Shown here one piece after another: positions 55,978-64,000 of a stretch of DNA of 64,000 bases. Both the position numbers and the translations under genes were made by a program. Source of the DNA: Eledone cirrhosa (Eukaryota); assembly GCA_964016885.1 (NCBI GenBank), contig CAXHJY010000664.1, positions 1 to 64,000 on the forward strand, written 5' to 3'. The notes below the pieces were generated by a model. The model worked only from the letters and a program-made list of their open reading frames with translations, was not told where the DNA came from and did not search any database. Each line of letters opens with the position of its first letter. Position 1 is the first letter of the stretch.

Positions 55978-56574
55978 CCATGTCCGTATGTACCCATATT
56001 TGTATGTGTATATGTATGTATACATGTGTGTGTATGTGCATGTATTTATGCATGCGTGTGTGTATGTGTGTATGCGTGGGTGTATCCATGTATGCATATA
56101 TGCATGTGTGTATATGGATGTATGCATGTGTGTATATATGCATGTGTGCATGTAGGCATGTGTGTAGGCATGTGTATGTATGCAAGTGTGTATCCATTGT
56201 GCATATATGCATGTGTGTGCATGTATGTATGTGTGTATCGGTGTATGCATGTATACATACATACATTATATATATATAATGTACTATTGTAAAACAATAG
56301 CGTAAGGTCTTCGAAATGCTTTTAATTAAGCATAAGTGTATTGCAAAATACACTATATATACATTCATATATATATCGCTATTTCAGAGCACCAATTCTA
56401 AGTTTATATATATGCATGGTTTATATATATGCATGTTGAGGTAAAAACTCACAATATTCCCTTATAACCAAATAAGCTCAAAGAAGAGAGCAATGCCTGT
56501 ACTATATTTCCTCACTTGATTGCCAAACATAGTACGATTTTGAATGTGCCTGGATATAAAATGGTCGGTCTGTA

Positions 56575-56660
56575 TATCTTTAATTTATCCTTTTAATTAA
56601 TTTGTATTAATTTATCCTTTTAATTAATTTGTATTAATTATCCTTTTAATTAATTTGTAT
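56575..56660. repeat. ~27-bp tandem repeat x3 (taatttatccttttaattaatttgtat)
   Basis: Direct inspection. Confidence 0.85.
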
Positions 56661-56913
56661 AAACTGTTCTATCTGGAGTTAATATATTCGTCATCCCTTA
56701 TGATTTGAACACGCACATGCGCACGCACACACATATATATATAACAAAAAAGGTATGGTAAGATACCAGGTGGACTATGACGTACCAGAGTACTCGATAC
56801 TTAGGGTAGTAGAGTGGGTAATAGGAAAAGAGTCAGGACAGCAGTCTGCTGGCTCAGTTCGGTTCTAGCTGCTGAAACGGCCGGAGCTCAGCCGTCGGGG
56901 TCCTGACTCTTTT

Positions 56914-57006
<93 letters not shown>

Positions 57007-57325
57007 TGTGTGTGTGTATTGATCTTTTACTGCGTTATATATATATATATATAAATTTATATATTTATATTTAACATATATACGCACATTTTTAGACATA
57101 TTTATACATGCATACATTCATATTCATAATAGACATATGCATACATATACGTACTTACACACACACACACATGTGTATATATATATATATATATATAGTT
57201 ACGTGTACATAACAAAAACATCTAATAATTACTAACCTGACACACAATCACCGCCATTTTGCTTTTCAACCGTTTAGAAATAATTTTCTTCCCTGAAAAA
57301 ATAAATATTTACTACCACCACCACC

Positions 57326-57358
<33 letters not shown>

Positions 57359-57914
57359 ACTACTACTACTACTACTACTACCAATAATAATAATAATAAT
57401 AATAATAGTAGTAGTAGTAATAACAATCATAATAATAATATTAATAATAATAATAATTAGGCTACTTTAGATTAAATTTGCAAATCTTTCTTTTTTTATA
57501 TTCTCCAACAAATTTTCCAATTGAAATATAACATAGCGACAACAATTTCGTTATGACGACTTTTAAAAATAATTCTAATTCATTTTTCATGTTTTAATTT
57601 GAATGTTTTATATTTAACTTTAATTTCAAATTTTTTGAATTTCTTAATTTATATTTTTCTTCTTCCATATCTTTTAATTTTAAATTTGTTAAGAAAAAAA
57701 AAATTTCTTTTCGAATTTTTTTTGGGTTATATATATTTCATTTTCTTCATATAGTCTCACTTAAAGCTACACTATATAGAAAACTCCAGCTCTGCCTGAC
57801 TTATGTAGGTTTGCATGTCTAAGTCTTGATTTGTCTTTTTATTTTTTTGTTTTTACTTTCTTCCTTTTTTTCCTATTTAAATTTTCGTTCTTTCTTTCCT
57901 TATGTATGTGTGCG

Positions 57915-57975
<61 letters not shown>

Positions 57976-58048
57976 ATTTATATGTATGTATATATATATT
58001 TAAATGCATGTATATATATATTTATTTATATGCATGTATATATATATG

Positions 58049-58079
<31 letters not shown>

Positions 58080-58132
58080 CATGTATATATATATGCATAT
58101 ATATATAGTTTATTAGGTTCGCGCTTTTGAGA

Positions 58133-58195
<63 letters not shown>

Positions 58196-58776
58196 AATGT
58201 ATTTATATATATGTATATATATGAGAAAGAGAGAGACAAATGAACATCTATACATATATATATATTCGTATGTGGTTGACGTTTGATCGAAAAGAGCACT
58301 CGTTACCGGGGTAGAGTTTCAATATTCATGTTATTAAGGCGTTATTCGGGAGTTTCGCTTGTTTAACATAGGGAAATCAGACCTTGTGATAAACAGGGAA
58401 TCTCCAGAGTAAGAAGACTCACTATTTAGCCTTAATAAAATGATATATAAATACATGTATATACATATCTATGCTAAAACTGAAGGGAAACAACACGGTA
58501 AAATGAAGAAATCTGTTAGTTCAACGCTTGACATAGTAGCAAAAAGGTTGATGTTTCGTGTGTATTGAATCAGCCATATATATATATATATATATATATA
58601 AATGGGGCGGGGGGGGGGGGATTTAGCATAATTGTGAATTATTTCTATTCTGTCCAATTTCAAGTTTGTAAGAATAAAAACAACAAAAAATGTTAATAGT
58701 ATAAAAACAAAAAGAAATGTTGAATCTGTTCATTTAAAATTTTTCTTGCCATTATGAAACGACACCGTTTTAGTAT

Positions 58777-58832
<56 letters not shown>

Positions 58833-58912
58833 ATGTGTGTGTATATATGTGTGTGTATATATATGTATATGTGTGTATATATATACATGTATATATATAT
58901 ATGTATATATGT

Positions 58913-58947
<35 letters not shown>

Positions 58948-58996
58948 CATATATATACACACATATATATATATATATACACATATATAATATCTA

Positions 58997-59041
<45 letters not shown>

Positions 59042-59523
59042 ATATATACGCACACATACACAGGGAGATTATAAGAAATACAAAAACATGGGAAAGCCTC
59101 AGCAAAATGTGGAATGGAAGTGTTTATAAGCTATGTAAGAGGCGCCATTGAAGTTAATTTTTCATTGTAACTGATGACTGGCGGATGTTTGCACGATACG
59201 AGACTCTCAGAGAATAAAAAAAGAACATTATATTTCTCATGCAATCATTGTCTACTTTGGCAGTCACTGGGACCGCATTTATTCTTACAAAGCAAATTCA
59301 ATTCTAAGCTCAAGTAAAAATTATTTCCGATATAACTCAACGTTCTAACAAGTTGTATGAAAATTTATAATTATAAACATTACAATTGTATCTTCGGGGA
59401 CTGAATATATATATATATATACACACACACATATATATATATATATACCTACATACATATATACACACACATATATATATATATATATATACATACATAT
59501 ATATATGCACACATATATATATG

Positions 59524-59579
<56 letters not shown>

Positions 59580-60284
59580 CACACACATATATATATATAT
59601 ATATACCTATATATATATATATACATACACACGAGTACATATACATACACACATATATATATATATATATACACACACGCACATATACATACATACATAT
59701 ATATATATAAATATACGTACATACATATATATATATATATATATGTTGGGGGGGGGGGTTACGTGTGTATATATAAAAACATACAAACATACCAAATTTA
59801 ATGCTAAGATTTATTATTTTCATTCAACTTGTTTGAATATTAGGAGTAGGATCAAATTTTCTTTGGCTAAGAATTGAATTTATGCGTGTGTGTATTTTTT
59901 CGTGTGTGCATGTGTGTGTTTGCGTGTGTTTAGCTGTTCTCTAAAACGATCAATTAAAATATTTAAAAGTTTTCATTCATTTAGAAAATCTAGTAAATTA
60001 AAAAAAAGATTAAATTTATAATTTTGTAAAATTTATTTCTATAAAGAATCAGAATTAAATTTGATGACATTTTTGGGGTTGTTTTTTTTTTAGTGATTGT
60101 ATGTGTGTGTGCGTGTGCGTGTGCGTGTGTGTTTACGTCTGCTATAATATTGATATAAGTTAATGAAAGAAAATCTTAAAAAGTTAAACGTTAAAACTAT
60201 TTTTTGTAGATAGGATCATCTCGAGCAATTATTATTAATAGCTTAATAACTTTTCAATATTTATGAGAATGCACACACACACAC

Positions 60285-62278
<1,994 letters not shown>

Positions 62279-62547
62279 GGCGGCGATGAATTAGTTTTGC
62301 GAGGTTTTTTTTATATGAAATCGTGTGTCGAAACAGATATTGTTATACTTGGGGAGGGTCATATTTGCGTAATATTGCCAGAATTAATAACAGAACACAC
62401 TCACTGTTTGGTTGGTTTTCGCTTCTCGCTGTCTTTTATTATATCTGCGATCTAACTTACTCGGTCCTCAATGTTGCCATTGACTGACCGACGGTCAAAA
62501 ATAATACAGATACAATATAGACACAAACACACACATATATATATAGT

Positions 62548-62592
62548 TTACATAAATCTTTCGTTGCACATCTGCAACATCGTCAGTGGTGT
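62548..62592 (-). ncRNA. Hammerhead motif downstream of the Penelope-like ORF
   Basis: cacca-CTGACGA-t-gttgca(gatg)tgcaac-GAAA-G-AT-T-TA-tgt; perfect 6-bp stem II, weak stem I. Confidence 0.6.
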
Positions 62593-62874
62593 TATATTCA
62601 TTGTTCCTCCTGTTGTGTTGTATGCCTACGCCATTTTTTATTCAGTCTGTCTATATATTTACTTATTTATTTGCTTGTTTGTTTATCTTATTTTATTTTG
62701 TCTTCTTTGCGCATGCGTTTGCGTGTGTGTATAGTGTTATGTGTGATGTGTGATGTGTGACTAGTGTGTATAGTGTTGTGTCTGCTGGGTGACTAGTGTG
62801 TGTTTATGTGCTTGTTGTTATTGTGCTTGTGTATGTATTTATTTATCTTATTTTATTTTATTTTATTTTATTAT

Positions 62875-64000
62875 TTATACTTCTCTTAGGTCAGTGTTGT
62901 TTGTTTGGGTGTTGTTGTTGTTCCACTCATTCTTTCTGTTTAGCTTTGGTCTTCTAATTTCTATGTTGTCTATGTTACCGTCATGTTGTTGTCTAGCATG
63001 TTCGTATAGTACTGACCCGTTTTTTCGTCCTTTTAGTTCCCCCCAGTGATGATCTATCCTTTCACCTATGCTACGAGCTGTCTCACCTATGTATGTTGTT
63101 GTCATGTTTCTGCAAGTACCCTCTGTACATCTTATGCTATAGACTACGTTTCTAGTTTTACAGTTTATCCGGGGGTTCACCTTACATATGATACACTTCC
63201 TACAGTGGGTTTTCTTAAAAGGGTAGGTTTTGCTGATCAGGGATTTTATGGTGGTTCCTGGCTTTTCTACCACCTTTATTTTTAAGTGGGTCTTTCTCAG
63301 GGCCTTTCTACACTGGTTAGCTAATTTCCCTCCAAGGGTGGCGTCCACAAACATGACACTCTGATATCTCTGGTTGTCGTACCATGATGTGGCCTTCCCT
63401 ATCTTATGTCTAGCCCTATCTAAGCTATTCCATGATTTGCTCCTGTATAGTGGGCAGATTCCTTTCATTTCATGTCCAGTTCTATGAGGGTCTTATACTT
63501 TTCCATGGCTCCTTCGTATACTCTGACTCTGTCTCTTTGGTTGTAGCCAGAGAACTGCATGCGGTTGATGAAGTGTTGGATGTGTCCTTCCATTTCTGTT
63601 GGGTCGCACATGCTGGACACATTCTTCATCACTCGTACCAAATCTGCGATCAGAATATTAAACTTAGCACTACTGGACATTGCTGAGTTTTTGAGTATCA
63701 GGTATTTGGAGGCCATGGGTTTAGCATAGTGTGAGTGGAGAATTTGGGCTCTCTCGTCTATAGTGTTAATCCAGAGTTCTGTGTCTAATACAGGTAGTCT
63801 ATTGTTAGGGTGTTTGGAAGGGAAGTCTATAGTTACAGTTATACTCTGGTGTATGGAATTAGCTATCTGCTGGATGCTTTCCATCGTGCTACGTTCTAAA
63901 TCGAACTTGTTAGTGCTCTCTAGTGGGGGTGTTCTTATAACTATATTGATATCATCTACATAACGAGAGTACATGATGAGGTCTATGGAGCTTTCATTAA
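62875..64000 (-). mobile_element. Penelope-like retroelement (RT, Cys-rich linker, GIY-YIG endonuclease), disabled; runs off the window edge
   Basis: SRYVDD RT motif, LPVLD, CxxCxxC...C linker, VVYSIRC...TYIGETARSIGERIDHH; frameshift from an atgaa duplication near 63464-63473. Confidence 0.92.

Noticed and set aside
59165-59212. CTGATGA...GATAC possible hammerhead
   Set aside because: GAAA is broken, the stem III pair is missing and stem I is unclear; may be a relic but is not supportable.

Overview
AT-rich, repeat-saturated eukaryotic non-coding DNA (large intron or intergenic region). The tRNA-derived SINE family and the density of (TA)n/(CA)n/(GA)n/(CAC)n arrays suggest an octopod cephalopod (inference). 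No host protein-coding gene is supportable, and almost all ORFs in the track are microsatellite read-throughs. Real coding remnants are transposon fragments: RTE, CR1-group, Tx1/L1-like and R4/Dong-like LINE pieces, a mini-mariner, a Tigger/pogo derivative and a frameshifted Penelope-like RT/GIY-YIG element at the right edge. The most striking unannotated signal is about a dozen intact or decayed minimal type-I hammerhead ribozyme (HHR) motifs. Four of them form two ~240-285 bp palindromes (40.6 kb and 51.7 kb), each with an HHR on both strands; the two palindromes share stem I and core but have different, still-paired stem II and stem III loop sequences. Also notable are a twin-priming-type 5' inversion in an RTE element and a multi-copy bipartite RTE-derived short element. 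Everything was read by eye; no alignment, folding or database search was run, and repeat boundaries are approximate.
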